Shown: positions 11,074 to 21,099 of the stretch, in pieces
How the letters are laid out: each line of letters opens with the position of its first letter
Position numbering within the stretch: position 1 is the first letter of the stretch
Origin: an uncultured Bacilli bacterium
GTDB taxonomy: Bacteria > Bacillota_I > Bacilli_A > RF39 > UBA660
Reading direction: 5' to 3'
Length of the DNA: 64,000 nt
Assembly (NCBI GenBank): GCA_944358775.1
Contig: CALVRU010000002.1
Span: 7,138 to 71,137, forward strand
Made by a program: the position numbers and the translations under genes
The notes under the pieces: model-generated
What the model saw: the letters and a program-made list of their open reading frames with translations, nothing else
The model's database searches: none
Told to the model about the DNA's origin: nothing

Positions 11074-13106
11074 TGAAAAAGAAATTATTCATTATTATTC
11101 CGATCGTCGTCGCCATCCTAGTATTTGTGGGAGTGTTTGTCTATTTCAATAAAGAAGATCAAGAAACCAGCTTAACGGTAACGGAAAAACGGTGGTTAGA
11201 AAAAAATTCCGCTACGAAAGTGGATTTTGAAGTCATAAATGATTATCCGATTTTTGGAATGAACGGAAATGGTGTCGTTTTTCAGTTCTTAAGTGATTTT
11301 GAAGAAACGACCGAGTTAGAGTTCAATAAACTATCTTATTTAAAAGGTGAACAGCCAAAAACGACGAGCTATCGTGTTCGCGTCTTGAATAACGAAGACA
11401 CTCTAACGGCCAAAGATCTCTTAATCGCCGAAGATAATTATATTGCGGTAGGAACGAGCCAGTTAAAGTTAAATAATATAAAAGACTTCAAAGATATGAC
11501 GATCGGTGTCTTGACCAGTGATGTTGGAGAATTAAGTTACTATTTGAAAACGGGAAGCAACCTTACTTATAAGACTTATGAAGATATCGAAAGTTTAATT
11601 GCCGCTTTAAAAAGTGGTGATGTTAGCCAGGCGATCTTTCCAAAACTAATGTACTTAAATCAATATATTGCCGATAAAGAATTATATATTAACTATAATT
11701 TTACAGAAATCAGTAAGAAAATCGTTCTAACACTCAGTGATGAAGATACAAGATTAAATGAAATTATTACGAAGTACTTTGAAAACTGGAAGAACAAATA
11801 TTATGTTACAAACTATAATAAAGCATATTTTAATTATTATGCAGAAATGAATAAAATTAACGATAAAACCAAGGCTGATCTCGTTTCCAAAACGTATGTT
11901 TATGGTTATGTCGAAAATGCCCCATATGAAGTTACGATGGATAAACAAGTCGTCGGAATTGCCGGTGAGTATGTTGCTCGAATGGAGCGTTTGACAGGAA
12001 TCGAATTCACTTATAAAAAATATAAAAATCAAGAAGAATTAAAAAATGCGATTGCAAATGGAGAAGTGGATATCTATTTCGATTATGATAATACTACAAA
12101 TGAAAAATATCAATCGACGATCTCGACCTTCATAGAGCAATATGTCGTATTAGGAAAAGTTTCGATGAATGAAGTAGTGAATTCTTTTGAAAGCTTAAAA
12201 GGCAAACGAATTAATATGTTAAAAAATGATGCTCTTTATGCTTATTTTAAGGATAATGGAAGAGCCATTATCAATGAATATACTTCATTGGATAAACTAA
12301 CAAGTGATAACAATCTAATTGTCGTCGATAAAGAAGTGTATGACTATTATAAAAATAGCAAATTCTCTAGTTATGAAGTGTTGTATCAAGATTATATGAC
12401 GAATGATTATATGTTTATGGTGAAAAAAGAAAATGCTGTTTTCTATGATCTATTTAATCATATTATCAATACGAACTCTTATGCGAATTACCGTAATGCC
12501 GGCCGTAATTCTTTGGCACTTTCTCTAATTGAAAGATCGACTTTTGAAGAGTTATATCTAATTGTACTAGGAATTATTCTACTTCCACTTTTGATCCTTG
12601 TTGCGTTGTATTTATATTTCAAAAAGAAACATCAAAAGAAGAAAGTAAAAAGAGAAGATCGAAGAAAATACACGGATATGTTGACTTCTCTCAAAAACCG
12701 AAATTATTTAAATCTTAACATTCCAAGTTGGGATGAAAACGATACTTATCCACAAGCGATTGTAGTAGTCGACTTAAATAACGTAAAATACGTAAATGAT
12801 AATTACGGCCATGAAGCGGGCGATGATTTAATTGTCAAAGCAGCGGGTATTTTAGTCAATACTCAACTAGAAAACAGTGAAATCATTCGGACCGACGGAA
12901 ACGAATTCTTAATTTATTTAGTAGGATATAGTGATCAACAAATCAATACTTATACGAAAAAATTAACGAAAGAAATGAAAGAACTTCCACATGGATTTGG
13001 AGCAGCAATCGGTTATAGTATGATTACAGATGATATTAAACTAATCGATGATGCTATTAATGAAGCAACTCTAGATATGATAACACACAAAGAAGATTAT
13101 AAATAA
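11073..13106 (+). CDS. membrane GGDEF-domain protein with a degenerate active-site motif
   Basis: An N-terminal TM helix and a large extracytoplasmic domain are followed by a second TM helix (LIVLGIILLPLLILVALYLYF). The C-terminal GGDEF fold has YGHEAGDDLI, but the signature is RTDGNEF instead of R-x-GG(D/E)EF. Confidence 0.7.
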   Translation: MKKKLFIIIPIVVAILVFVGVFVYFNKEDQETSLTVTEKRWLEKNSATKVDFEVINDYPIFGMNGNGVVFQFLSDFEETTELEFNKLSYLKGEQPKTTSYRVRVLNNEDTLTAKDLLIAEDNYIAVGTSQLKLNNIKDFKDMTIGVLTSDVGELSYYLKTGSNLTYKTYEDIESLIAALKSGDVSQAIFPKLMYLNQYIADKELYINYNFTEISKKIVLTLSDEDTRLNEIITKYFENWKNKYYVTNYNKAYFNYYAEMNKINDKTKADLVSKTYVYGYVENAPYEVTMDKQVVGIAGEYVARMERLTGIEFTYKKYKNQEELKNAIANGEVDIYFDYDNTTNEKYQSTISTFIEQYVVLGKVSMNEVVNSFESLKGKRINMLKNDALYAYFKDNGRAIINEYTSLDKLTSDNNLIVVDKEVYDYYKNSKFSSYEVLYQDYMTNDYMFMVKKENAVFYDLFNHIINTNSYANYRNAGRNSLALSLIERSTFEELYLIVLGIILLPLLILVALYLYFKKKHQKKKVKREDRRKYTDMLTSLKNRNYLNLNIPSWDENDTYPQAIVVVDLNNVKYVNDNYGHEAGDDLIVKAAGILVNTQLENSEIIRTDGNEFLIYLVGYSDQQINTYTKKLTKEMKELPHGFGAAIGYSMITDDIKLIDDAINEATLDMITHKEDYK

Positions 13107-13118
13107 CAAAAATAGAAG

Positions 13119-13970
13119 GTGATCGCCATGAAGAGAAAGTTAAAGGAGTTTATTAAGCGTGTCATTGCTACGATAAAACTGCCTGAGATGTCTATTCTTC
13201 CTGGACAATTAGCCTTCTTTTTTGTCTTATCAATGATTCCTCTAATTGCGTTATTAGGTGCAATCGCTTCCAAATTTTCTATTTCGATGGACCAGATCGC
13301 TTCCTTGTTAACGTCGTCGATTCCAAAAGAAGCATTGGATTTATTACTACCACTTGTCTCAGGAAAAGATATCAGTGGAAGTATGGTCATCTTTTATATT
13401 TCCGCCTTTATCTTAGCAAGTAATGGAACCCATTCGATGATTATTGCCTCGAACAACATCTATAAAGTACCAAATAAAGATTTCTTAAGTAGAAGAATCA
13501 AGGCAATTATTATGACAATCGTTTTAGTTTTACTATTAATATTTGTCATTATTGTACCCGCTTTTGGCGATTATTTTGTCTCTTTTTTAGCAAATGCGAT
13601 TCATCAAGAAAGTCTTCGTAATACCATTTCGGCAACGTATCAAATTTTAAAATACCCACTTTCCTTAATTTTAATTTATTTCAATATCAAATTGTTGTAT
13701 ACGATGGCACCCGACACGACAATTCAAAGTAAAGATACAACCTATGGAGCCTTATTTACTACCATAGGTTGGATTATTGCTACCGAAGTATATTCTATTT
13801 ATACACAAGTGTTTGCCCGATATAATTTATTCTACGGCAGTATTTCGAATCTTTTAATCTTGCTGTTATGGGTCTATATTTTAGCCTATATCTTCGTCTT
13901 CGGAATGGCTCTAAATGCCGGTAGTATTCCAAAACAAGAAGAATCGAAAGAAATAGGAAAAAAATCCTAG
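13119..13970 (+). CDS. YihY/virulence factor BrkB family membrane protein
   Basis: The N-terminus PGQLAFFFVLSMIPLIALL and six predicted TM helices are typical of the YihY/BrkB family. Confidence 0.65.
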   Translation: MIAMKRKLKEFIKRVIATIKLPEMSILPGQLAFFFVLSMIPLIALLGAIASKFSISMDQIASLLTSSIPKEALDLLLPLVSGKDISGSMVIFYISAFILASNGTHSMIIASNNIYKVPNKDFLSRRIKAIIMTIVLVLLLIFVIIVPAFGDYFVSFLANAIHQESLRNTISATYQILKYPLSLILIYFNIKLLYTMAPDTTIQSKDTTYGALFTTIGWIIATEVYSIYTQVFARYNLFYGSISNLLILLLWVYILAYIFVFGMALNAGSIPKQEESKEIGKKS

Positions 13971-14000
13971 AATCTTACAAATTTGTAAGATTTTTTAGGT
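13968..14000 (+). terminator. Rho-independent terminator
   Basis: Hairpin AATCTTACAA/TTGTAAGATT followed by TTTTTTAGG. Confidence 0.5.
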
Positions 14001-14044
14001 TTGAAAAAGCATACTATAAGTGCTATAATACAATAAGGAAGGTT

Positions 14045-16171
14045 GTGCTTATGAAACGTAAATTTTCAAAATGGACAAACAGTATAAAAAAAGAATGGCA
14101 ACGGTTAAAAAATGATCCTAAATTATATTGGATGACGATTCTTAATAATATCCGTGAATATATCAAAAACAACACATTGTTTTTTACACTCGTTATTTCC
14201 GGCGTATTTAATGGACTATTATTACGTTTCTTCACAATTCATACCGTCGAGAATTTCTTTTCGTTAAAACCTTTATTAGCGGACTTTACGATTGTTGTTC
14301 TTTTTGCATCGTTTGGTTATTTAATGAAAGCCAAGAATCGCTTTCCTTATTATATGATTTTATCGATCATCTTTACTGCAATCTGTATTATCAATTCGAT
14401 TTACTATACGTACTATAGTTCTTTTACTTCGATCTCGTTACTGTCGACCAGTCGATTTGTCGTAGATGTTGGAGATGCTGTCGTCGAAAATGTGATGCGT
14501 ATTCAAGATTGGGTGTATCTTTGGGCCCCAATCGCATTGATTGTAGTATACATTCATTTAAAAAAGACGGGTGTATATTATACCGAAGAAAATAAAAGAG
14601 AGCAAAAACATAAAGATAAATTCAAACATTCCTTCATCACTGCTCTTGTCTGTGCACTTGCATTTTGTGTCACTTTAACACCTGTTCAAATTGGCCGCTT
14701 TGTAAAATTATGGAATCGCGAGTATACGGTGATGAACTTTGGTATTTATACCTATCATTTAAACGATTTAGTTCAAAGCATCGAACCGAAATTGACGACA
14801 TTATTCGGATATGATAATGCAATGAAGACATTTAAAGAATTCTATCAAGATAAGCCAGATCAGCAAGAGACAACAAATGAATATACGAATATTTTTAAAG
14901 GGAAGAATGTCATTGTCATTCACTGTGAAAGTATGCAAGCACTTAATATGACATTGAAATTCAATGGCGAGGAATTGACTCCGAATTTAAATAAATTAGC
15001 CCGTGAAGGAATTTTCTTTGATAATTTCTATGCCCAAGTAAGTGTTGGAACTTCTAGTGACAGCGAATTTACCTTTAATACGTCTTTAATGCCTACTAGT
15101 AGTGGAACTGCCTTTGTCAGTTACTTTGATCGCGAATATATTACGATCCCGAAATTATTAAAAGAACAAGGCTACTATACGTTCTCTATGCATGCAAATA
15201 AAGCGAACTTTTGGAATCGCGATGTCATGTACCAAAGTTTAGGATACGATCGCTTCTATAGTAAAGTGGATTATGAAATCGATGATGTGATTGGGCTTGG
15301 TTTAAGTGATAAGTCCTTCTTCCTGCAAAGTGTAGAAAAGATCAAAGAAATCAATGCGGAAGGAAAACCTTATTATGGTGTCTTACTTATGTTGAGTAAT
15401 CATACTCCATTTTCTGATGTGGATAAATACGGTGATTTCCCAGTTGATATCAAAGAAACCGTCATCGATCCAGAAACTGGATTAGAAACAGTAGTAAGTC
15501 ATCCATATATGGAAGGAACAAAACTTGGAAATTACTTTAAATCGGTTCATTATGCCGATGAAGCACTTGGCGAATTTTTCGCTCAGTTAGAACAAGAAAA
15601 CTTGTTAGATAATACTGTTATCGTGTTATATGGAGATCACGATGCAAGATTACCAATCGAAGACTATGTAAGACTATTTAACTACAATACAACAACCGAT
15701 GAAGTATTAAGTAGTGACGATCCAAATTACATTAATTTTGACGAATACCAATACGAATTAAACCGTAAAGTACCATTTATCATTTGGAGTAAAGAAACGC
15801 AAGAATCTCTCCATAAAACCGTTTCCAATGTAATGGGTATGTACGATGTTATGCCAACTCTTGGTAATATGTTCGGCTTTTACAATAAATATCAATTAGG
15901 ACATGACATCTTCGATATTCAAGACCAAAATATCGTCGTTTTCCCAAATGGGAATTGGGTTACGAACAAAGTGTATTACAATGCTCAAAAAAATGCTTAT
16001 TTACCATTAAAAGAAGAAGCGATCAGCGAAGAATATATTCAACAGTGCAATGATTATGCTTCCCAAATCTTATCGACTTCGAATTCCTTAATTGTATTTG
16101 ACTTAATTAAGAAAGAACAAGAAATATCTCTTCAAAACGGTGACTATATCGAAGAAAGGACGAACCCATAA
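14045..16171 (+). CDS. ltaS: LTA synthase family protein (sulfatase-fold, polytopic N-terminus)
   Basis: Five N-terminal TM helices precede an extracellular sulfatase-like domain (VIVIHCESMQALNM...FFDNFYAQVSVGTSSDSEFTFNTSLMP, containing the catalytic Thr region). The architecture matches LtaS/YfnI. Confidence 0.8.
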   Translation: MLMKRKFSKWTNSIKKEWQRLKNDPKLYWMTILNNIREYIKNNTLFFTLVISGVFNGLLLRFFTIHTVENFFSLKPLLADFTIVVLFASFGYLMKAKNRFPYYMILSIIFTAICIINSIYYTYYSSFTSISLLSTSRFVVDVGDAVVENVMRIQDWVYLWAPIALIVVYIHLKKTGVYYTEENKREQKHKDKFKHSFITALVCALAFCVTLTPVQIGRFVKLWNREYTVMNFGIYTYHLNDLVQSIEPKLTTLFGYDNAMKTFKEFYQDKPDQQETTNEYTNIFKGKNVIVIHCESMQALNMTLKFNGEELTPNLNKLAREGIFFDNFYAQVSVGTSSDSEFTFNTSLMPTSSGTAFVSYFDREYITIPKLLKEQGYYTFSMHANKANFWNRDVMYQSLGYDRFYSKVDYEIDDVIGLGLSDKSFFLQSVEKIKEINAEGKPYYGVLLMLSNHTPFSDVDKYGDFPVDIKETVIDPETGLETVVSHPYMEGTKLGNYFKSVHYADEALGEFFAQLEQENLLDNTVIVLYGDHDARLPIEDYVRLFNYNTTTDEVLSSDDPNYINFDEYQYELNRKVPFIIWSKETQESLHKTVSNVMGMYDVMPTLGNMFGFYNKYQLGHDIFDIQDQNIVVFPNGNWVTNKVYYNAQKNAYLPLKEEAISEEYIQQCNDYASQILSTSNSLIVFDLIKKEQEISLQNGDYIEERTNP

Positions 16172-16791
16172 TGAAGTTAAAAAAGAAATTTAAAATTATA
16201 CTCGCTATTATCATTATTCTAGTAGTAGCTGTTACCGCTTTCTTTGTTTATCGACATTTTACTACCAATAACAAAAAGCCAACCGAAGTAACAGTAATCA
16301 GTAAAATTGATAGTTATGGTTATCAATTAGAAAGTAATAAAACAAAAGTCTATAATGATTTGTTCAATCATCTAAAAGAAGTTTTAACCGGTGACAATAT
16401 TGATGAAGAAGAATATGTAAAAACGATTGCCCAACTATTCCTAGTAGATTTTTATACACTAAAAAATAAGTTATCCAACGCGGATATCGGTGGCGTTCAG
16501 TTTTTAGCACCATCGATTCAAGAAAACTTTATATTGAAAGCGAAAAATACGATTTATAAATATGTAAAAAGTAATATCTATGGTGATCGTGAACAAACGC
16601 TTCCCGAAGTAAAAGAAGTAACCGTTGATGAAGTGACAACGGAAAGTTTCGAGTATGGAGAAAACAAAGATGAACAAGCATATAAAGTAAAATGTACGAT
16701 TCATTATGTCGAAGATCTTGGATACGATACGGAAAAAGAATTGATTTTTGTACACGAAGATAATAAATTAGTATTAGTAGAAATGAATTAA
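16171..16791 (+). CDS. hypothetical membrane-anchored protein
   Basis: It has an N-terminal TM helix and is translationally coupled to ltaS (ATAATGA overlap). Confidence 0.5.
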   Translation: MKLKKKFKIILAIIIILVVAVTAFFVYRHFTTNNKKPTEVTVISKIDSYGYQLESNKTKVYNDLFNHLKEVLTGDNIDEEEYVKTIAQLFLVDFYTLKNKLSNADIGGVQFLAPSIQENFILKAKNTIYKYVKSNIYGDREQTLPEVKEVTVDEVTTESFEYGENKDEQAYKVKCTIHYVEDLGYDTEKELIFVHEDNKLVLVEMN

Positions 16792-16822
16792 TATGGATGA
16801 GAAATCCATATTTTGTTATGCA
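16790..16822 (+). terminator. Rho-independent terminator
   Basis: Hairpin TATGGAT-gagaa-ATCCATA followed by TTTTGTT. Confidence 0.5.
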
Positions 16823-16954
16823 GGAAATTTCGTAACAAAGTTTTATAGAAGAAACATTTTTTGCAATAGTTCAACCTCAATCTCCCATACGAATAAAACG
16901 AGAAACAAAGCAAAATATTTACAGATTATAAATTGCAAATCGGCAAAAATTGGC

Positions 16955-16984
16955 TTGCAAAAAAGCCTGGGGGGGGGGTATAAT
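16955..16984 (+). promoter_or_regulatory. sigma-70-type promoter (TTGCAA-18 nt-TATAAT) whose spacer contains a G10 homopolymer; candidate slipped-strand phase-variation switch
   Basis: The -35 TTGCAA is at 16955-16960 and the -10 TATAAT at 16979-16984. The 18-nt spacer is AAAAGCCT followed by ten G (16969-16978), ending immediately before TATAAT. The ATG of the downstream surface-protein gene is at 17013. Confidence 0.6.
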
Positions 16985-17012
16985 GGTTTATATAAGATAA
17001 AGCGAGGCAGTT

Positions 17013-18800
17013 ATGAAAGAGAAGATAAAGATAGGAATAAAGTTCCTAAAGAAAAAACTACGTATATCTGTTGTGTTCCTAACACTTCTTTTTGGTTTAC
17101 TTATTTTAACAATCAGTTATAGTTATGCATTTTATACGATTGCAACGGAAAAGAAAAATGTAATTAGTTTAACAGCGGGACAATTTTCTTATCAGTTATC
17201 GGGAGCGAATATTACCAATAATCAAGTGACTGTTGCACCAGGAACCACATTCGAACTTCCGCTTGTTATTACGAGTAAGAATCCGGTAGAAAGTAATTAT
17301 CAATTATATTATGAAGGTACCTTACCAAGTGGACTAAAAGTAAGTTATATCAAAGAAAGCGGCAGTCCAAATGGAACAATAGGAAATAATCCGAATCAAA
17401 AACAACTGACACTTGTTATCGAGAATAATACATCGAGTAATCAAAACATTACGTTAGGGATTCAAGGTGGTCTTGTCAATCAGGAAAACATTTTATTAGA
17501 TAATCGAACCAAAATAGATCAAGTTTTCTCGTACAATCAAACTTATGGTTTTACTGGTGAAGTTCAAGAATGGGTTGTTCCGGCAACGGGATATTATAGG
17601 GTGACTCTCAATGCGGCAAGTGGTGCACAAATCAGTAACTATAAACCAGGAGCAGGTGGCTATGTCTCCGGTATTATTTATTTAAAAGCACAAGAAAAAT
17701 ATTATTTTTATGTTGGCGGTCAAAAAAGTTCCTTTAATCTAGTACCTCTTAATGATACCTATGTATATGCTTCCGGTGGTGGAGCAACAGATATGCGATT
17801 AGTAAAAGGAAATACTTTTTGGGATACGGAATCGCTTCGTAGTCGTATCTTAGTCGCCGGTGGTGGTGGTGGTGCTGAATGGCCAGGATCACAAGGTGGT
17901 GCCGGTGGCCGATTAGTCGCAGATACCGGATGGGGTACTACATATGGACCACCGGACAATTGGAATGAAGAAAATGCTCAAATTAATTATAATATCAGCT
18001 GTCATGGTGGTGGACAAACTAGCGGTGGTAGTTGCGCGGGGTATCCGATCAATGCCTCTGGAACCTTTGGCTTAGCAGGTTGGTATAATCAGTGGAAAAG
18101 CGATGGTGTTACTGGAAGTGCTGAGGACAATGGTGGAATTGGTGGTGGTGGCTACTATGGTGGTGGCAGTATGGGATATGCCCATGCCGGTGGTGGCGGC
18201 AGTAGTTTTATCTCAGGATATGCAGGCGTAAATGCAATTACTGCAAGTGGTACACATACGAATAATACCATTCATTACAGTGGAAAATACTTTATTGATA
18301 ATAATATACTTCCGGCTTATAATGTCGGAGTAGGAAAAGCTGAAGTGACTTATCTTGGTTTAACTCACAATAAAACAAATACAAAGTTAAATGGTGTACG
18401 TTATATTAAAGACTGCATCAATAGTAGTTCAAATTTAGTGGATACTACTGCTATTTGGAATGAAGTTCAAGCTATTAAGGATGGTAAAAATTTGGCATAT
18501 GGAAAAACGGCCACTCTATCGGGAACAGTAGATAGTAACTATCCGATAAAAAACATTACGGATGGAGATTTAGAAAGTCGTAGTAGGACCCTAACGACAG
18601 GAATTCAATGTGTTACGGTAGACTTGGGAGCAGTTTATGATCTTGATGAAGTTGCCGTATGGCATTATTGGGAGGATTGGCGTGCTTATAATGATCATTC
18701 GCTTTCTGTATCTCGTGATAATATTAGTTATACGACAATTTCAACGAATAGCAATTATGCCGAGTCATCTATCGGATTTCACATCGATGCATGGGATTAA
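17013..18800 (+). CDS. glycine-rich surface protein with a C-terminal discoidin (F5/8 type C) domain
   Basis: An N-terminal TM/signal anchor is followed by a long Gly-rich region (GGGGGAEWPGSQGGAGG..., GGIGGGGYYGGGSMGYAHAGGGGSSF). The C-terminus has a discoidin-like signature (ITDGDLESRSRT...VTVDLGAVYDLDEVAVWHYWED). The RBS is GAGG. Confidence 0.6.
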   Translation: MKEKIKIGIKFLKKKLRISVVFLTLLFGLLILTISYSYAFYTIATEKKNVISLTAGQFSYQLSGANITNNQVTVAPGTTFELPLVITSKNPVESNYQLYYEGTLPSGLKVSYIKESGSPNGTIGNNPNQKQLTLVIENNTSSNQNITLGIQGGLVNQENILLDNRTKIDQVFSYNQTYGFTGEVQEWVVPATGYYRVTLNAASGAQISNYKPGAGGYVSGIIYLKAQEKYYFYVGGQKSSFNLVPLNDTYVYASGGGATDMRLVKGNTFWDTESLRSRILVAGGGGGAEWPGSQGGAGGRLVADTGWGTTYGPPDNWNEENAQINYNISCHGGGQTSGGSCAGYPINASGTFGLAGWYNQWKSDGVTGSAEDNGGIGGGGYYGGGSMGYAHAGGGGSSFISGYAGVNAITASGTHTNNTIHYSGKYFIDNNILPAYNVGVGKAEVTYLGLTHNKTNTKLNGVRYIKDCINSSSNLVDTTAIWNEVQAIKDGKNLAYGKTATLSGTVDSNYPIKNITDGDLESRSRTLTTGIQCVTVDLGAVYDLDEVAVWHYWEDWRAYNDHSLSVSRDNISYTTISTNSNYAESSIGFHIDAWD

Positions 18801-18823
18801 AAATCCCTTTTTTAATGCACAAA

Positions 18824-18848
18824 AAAAGCTATTTCAATAGCTTTTTAA
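18824..18848. terminator. bidirectional Rho-independent terminator between convergent genes
   Basis: Hairpin AAAAAGCTATT-tcaa-TAGCTTTTT with T/A runs on both sides. Confidence 0.55.
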
Positions 18849-18849
18849 A

Positions 18850-21099
18850 TTACTCGTCTGGTTGATCATCTTCTGGATCATCGGATGGAGTAGGGGTCGG
18901 CGTTGGTTTAGGAGTTGGTGTAGGCGTCGCCTCTGGTTTTTCATCACTCTCTTCATCTTCTACGACGATCGTCAGAGTAAGAGTTTTTCCATCACTAGAA
19001 AGTTTTTGTTCGGTAATCGTACCAACTTTACTTCCATTTGCCATCGCGACACTAATTTCATTATATTTTACGGTAATACCAGTAATCTTAATAAGCCAAC
19101 TGTTCACCGAACTTTTGGTTTTTCCAACAAAGTTTGGCACTTCACATGCCTCATTATCCGGATCAGTAGAGCAGTTGATTTTAGAAGAACCACTATTGAT
19201 ACCACTTCCAGAAGAAGAACTACCTCCTGATAAAGTTAACGTAACGGTTTTGTTTGGAATTAAATCGACCCGTTTCTTAGCCGGATAGTTTTGACTGATG
19301 ATAGTCCCGTTTCCGGAATTCGAAAAGACGATATTCACACCATTTTGACGACCCCAACTTTCGGCATAAGATTTTGATTGACCGACAAAATTAGGGAGTA
19401 GGGTATAAAGCTTCGTAGCCGGATATTTTCCATTTCCAATCTGCGTTTCTTCATAAGGATCATTAATCGAATAACTAAAGGTTTTCTCCATCTCCGGTTC
19501 TTCTAATTCAAGGTTTATTTTCATTGCTTGAACGACATCATCTAAACTGCCTTGATTGATAATTTGATCGGATAATACCAATTTCATAGATTCATCGTAA
19601 ATCATCTGATCCGAAGTTTTTAAGAACAATTTCTGAATCGAAATAACACTATCGTTACCACTAAATCCTTTGGAAATAATATCTTTACCGATATTATAGA
19701 AAGATAAAATTTCCTGGGTCGACATATTCGTATCTAAATTCTTACTGACAAGATCGATTAGTTCGTATAACTTATCGACACTGCGAACTTCTTTTGCTTT
19801 CTTTAAAAGGGCTTCTAACACGGCTTGTTGATGCTGACCACGAACGATATCGCTTCGTGTTCCTTGATTCCATTCTTTACTACAATACTGAGGCCAAGCA
19901 TGGCGGTTTCGAGCATAGGCTAAAGCCTGTTCACCATTTAAAGTTTGATATCCTTTTTCTACATAAACAGTATTTTTACCCCATTCTCGATTACTGTTTT
20001 GTTCACAGAAACTATATTCGACATCGACTTCCACTCCCCCTAAAGCATCGACTAAACTAACGAGTGCTTTAAAGTTGATTTTCGCATAATAATCAATTGT
20101 AATACCGGTGAAATTTTCGATCGTATCTATCATACAACTTGCGCCATACCAAGCAGCATGAGTGATTTTATTTTCCTTTTGATCTTTAAAACACATGATT
20201 GGCACATAACTATCTCGTGGAATACTAAGCATCGTTGCATTTAAAGTATTCGGATTGAAAGTGACAAGCAATAACGAATCACCATTAAAAGCAGCATTTT
20301 TATTCATCCCGTCAATTTCGGAATCTACACCCATCAAAAGAATGGTAAAAGGTTCCGTTACAGAAGCTTCCGAAGAGTTTGTCGCTAGAGAATCTTGATT
20401 TTTCATTTTTTTCTCTTGTGAGTAAATCACTTTTGTATCGTCGGCAATACTTGAAAAATCAGCAATTCCTTGAAACATCGTCACGTAGTTCGTCGATAAA
20501 AAAATCGCATCTACTTCTTGATCATATAAATCACGTATCATCGATGAAAAATCATCGTATTCGACAATACTGTTTTTTTCGTTAAGTTTATTGTTTTTGA
20601 TGATCTCTTGTGGGATGGTATATCCTTCCACCGATGTGGTATCATTGATAATACCAATTTCCATGTCGTGACAATCCTCTAAATTATTTAGTGCACTATC
20701 TTTCAAAGTGACTAAACTACTAGAATAAGTAATATAATCTTTGTTAACTGAATCGATTTTTGAATAGACGAATGATATACCATAACCAATTAAGCAGTTA
20801 CTGACAATAAAGAGAACTAGTCCAAAGATAAAAAGCCTATGTTTCTTTGTCTTTCCTCTTCGCAACATTCGCACATTGCGTACCAAAATCGCTACATCAA
20901 TAACGATAATAATTGCAATAATAATATAACGAATTACTTTTTCGATTGGGCCTAGCAATAAAATATTATAGATTAAATAAATACTTGCTAAGATACTTAG
21001 AACCACTAAAATTGTAATTCCAATTGGTAATTTTTTTTGATTTGGTTTTTCTTTTCCATGTATTTTTTTATTATTTTCTTCTTTTCTTTTTTTCTTCAT
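18850..21099 (-). CDS. LCP (LytR-CpsA-Psr) family protein with C-terminal PASTA repeats and a Pro/Thr-rich tail
   Basis: An N-terminal TM helix is followed by the LCP core (ILLMGVDS...GDSLLLVTFNP...LSIPRDSYV). Two PASTA-like repeats (VPNFVGQSKSYAESW..., VPNFVGKTKSSVNSW...) and a PEATPTPTPKPTPTPTP tail follow. Confidence 0.75.
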   Translation of the reverse strand: MKKKRKEENNKKIHGKEKPNQKKLPIGITILVVLSILASIYLIYNILLLGPIEKVIRYIIIAIIIVIDVAILVRNVRMLRRGKTKKHRLFIFGLVLFIVSNCLIGYGISFVYSKIDSVNKDYITYSSSLVTLKDSALNNLEDCHDMEIGIINDTTSVEGYTIPQEIIKNNKLNEKNSIVEYDDFSSMIRDLYDQEVDAIFLSTNYVTMFQGIADFSSIADDTKVIYSQEKKMKNQDSLATNSSEASVTEPFTILLMGVDSEIDGMNKNAAFNGDSLLLVTFNPNTLNATMLSIPRDSYVPIMCFKDQKENKITHAAWYGASCMIDTIENFTGITIDYYAKINFKALVSLVDALGGVEVDVEYSFCEQNSNREWGKNTVYVEKGYQTLNGEQALAYARNRHAWPQYCSKEWNQGTRSDIVRGQHQQAVLEALLKKAKEVRSVDKLYELIDLVSKNLDTNMSTQEILSFYNIGKDIISKGFSGNDSVISIQKLFLKTSDQMIYDESMKLVLSDQIINQGSLDDVVQAMKINLELEEPEMEKTFSYSINDPYEETQIGNGKYPATKLYTLLPNFVGQSKSYAESWGRQNGVNIVFSNSGNGTIISQNYPAKKRVDLIPNKTVTLTLSGGSSSSGSGINSGSSKINCSTDPDNEACEVPNFVGKTKSSVNSWLIKITGITVKYNEISVAMANGSKVGTITEQKLSSDGKTLTLTIVVEDEESDEKPEATPTPTPKPTPTPTPSDDPEDDQPDE

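Noticed and set aside
16793-17122. A 109-aa ORF upstream of and overlapping the start of the Gly-rich protein gene.
   Set aside because: It begins inside the terminator hairpin, runs through the promoter and the G10 tract, has no RBS and has a low-complexity product. It is most likely non-coding.
17759-17959. A Pro-rich 66-aa ORF on the minus strand inside the Gly-rich gene.
   Set aside because: It is an antisense artefact of GGN glycine codons (NCC = Pro).
18862-19230. An Arg/Trp-rich 122-aa plus-strand ORF.
   Set aside because: It is antisense to the C-terminal PT-rich and PASTA region of the LCP gene, with no RBS.
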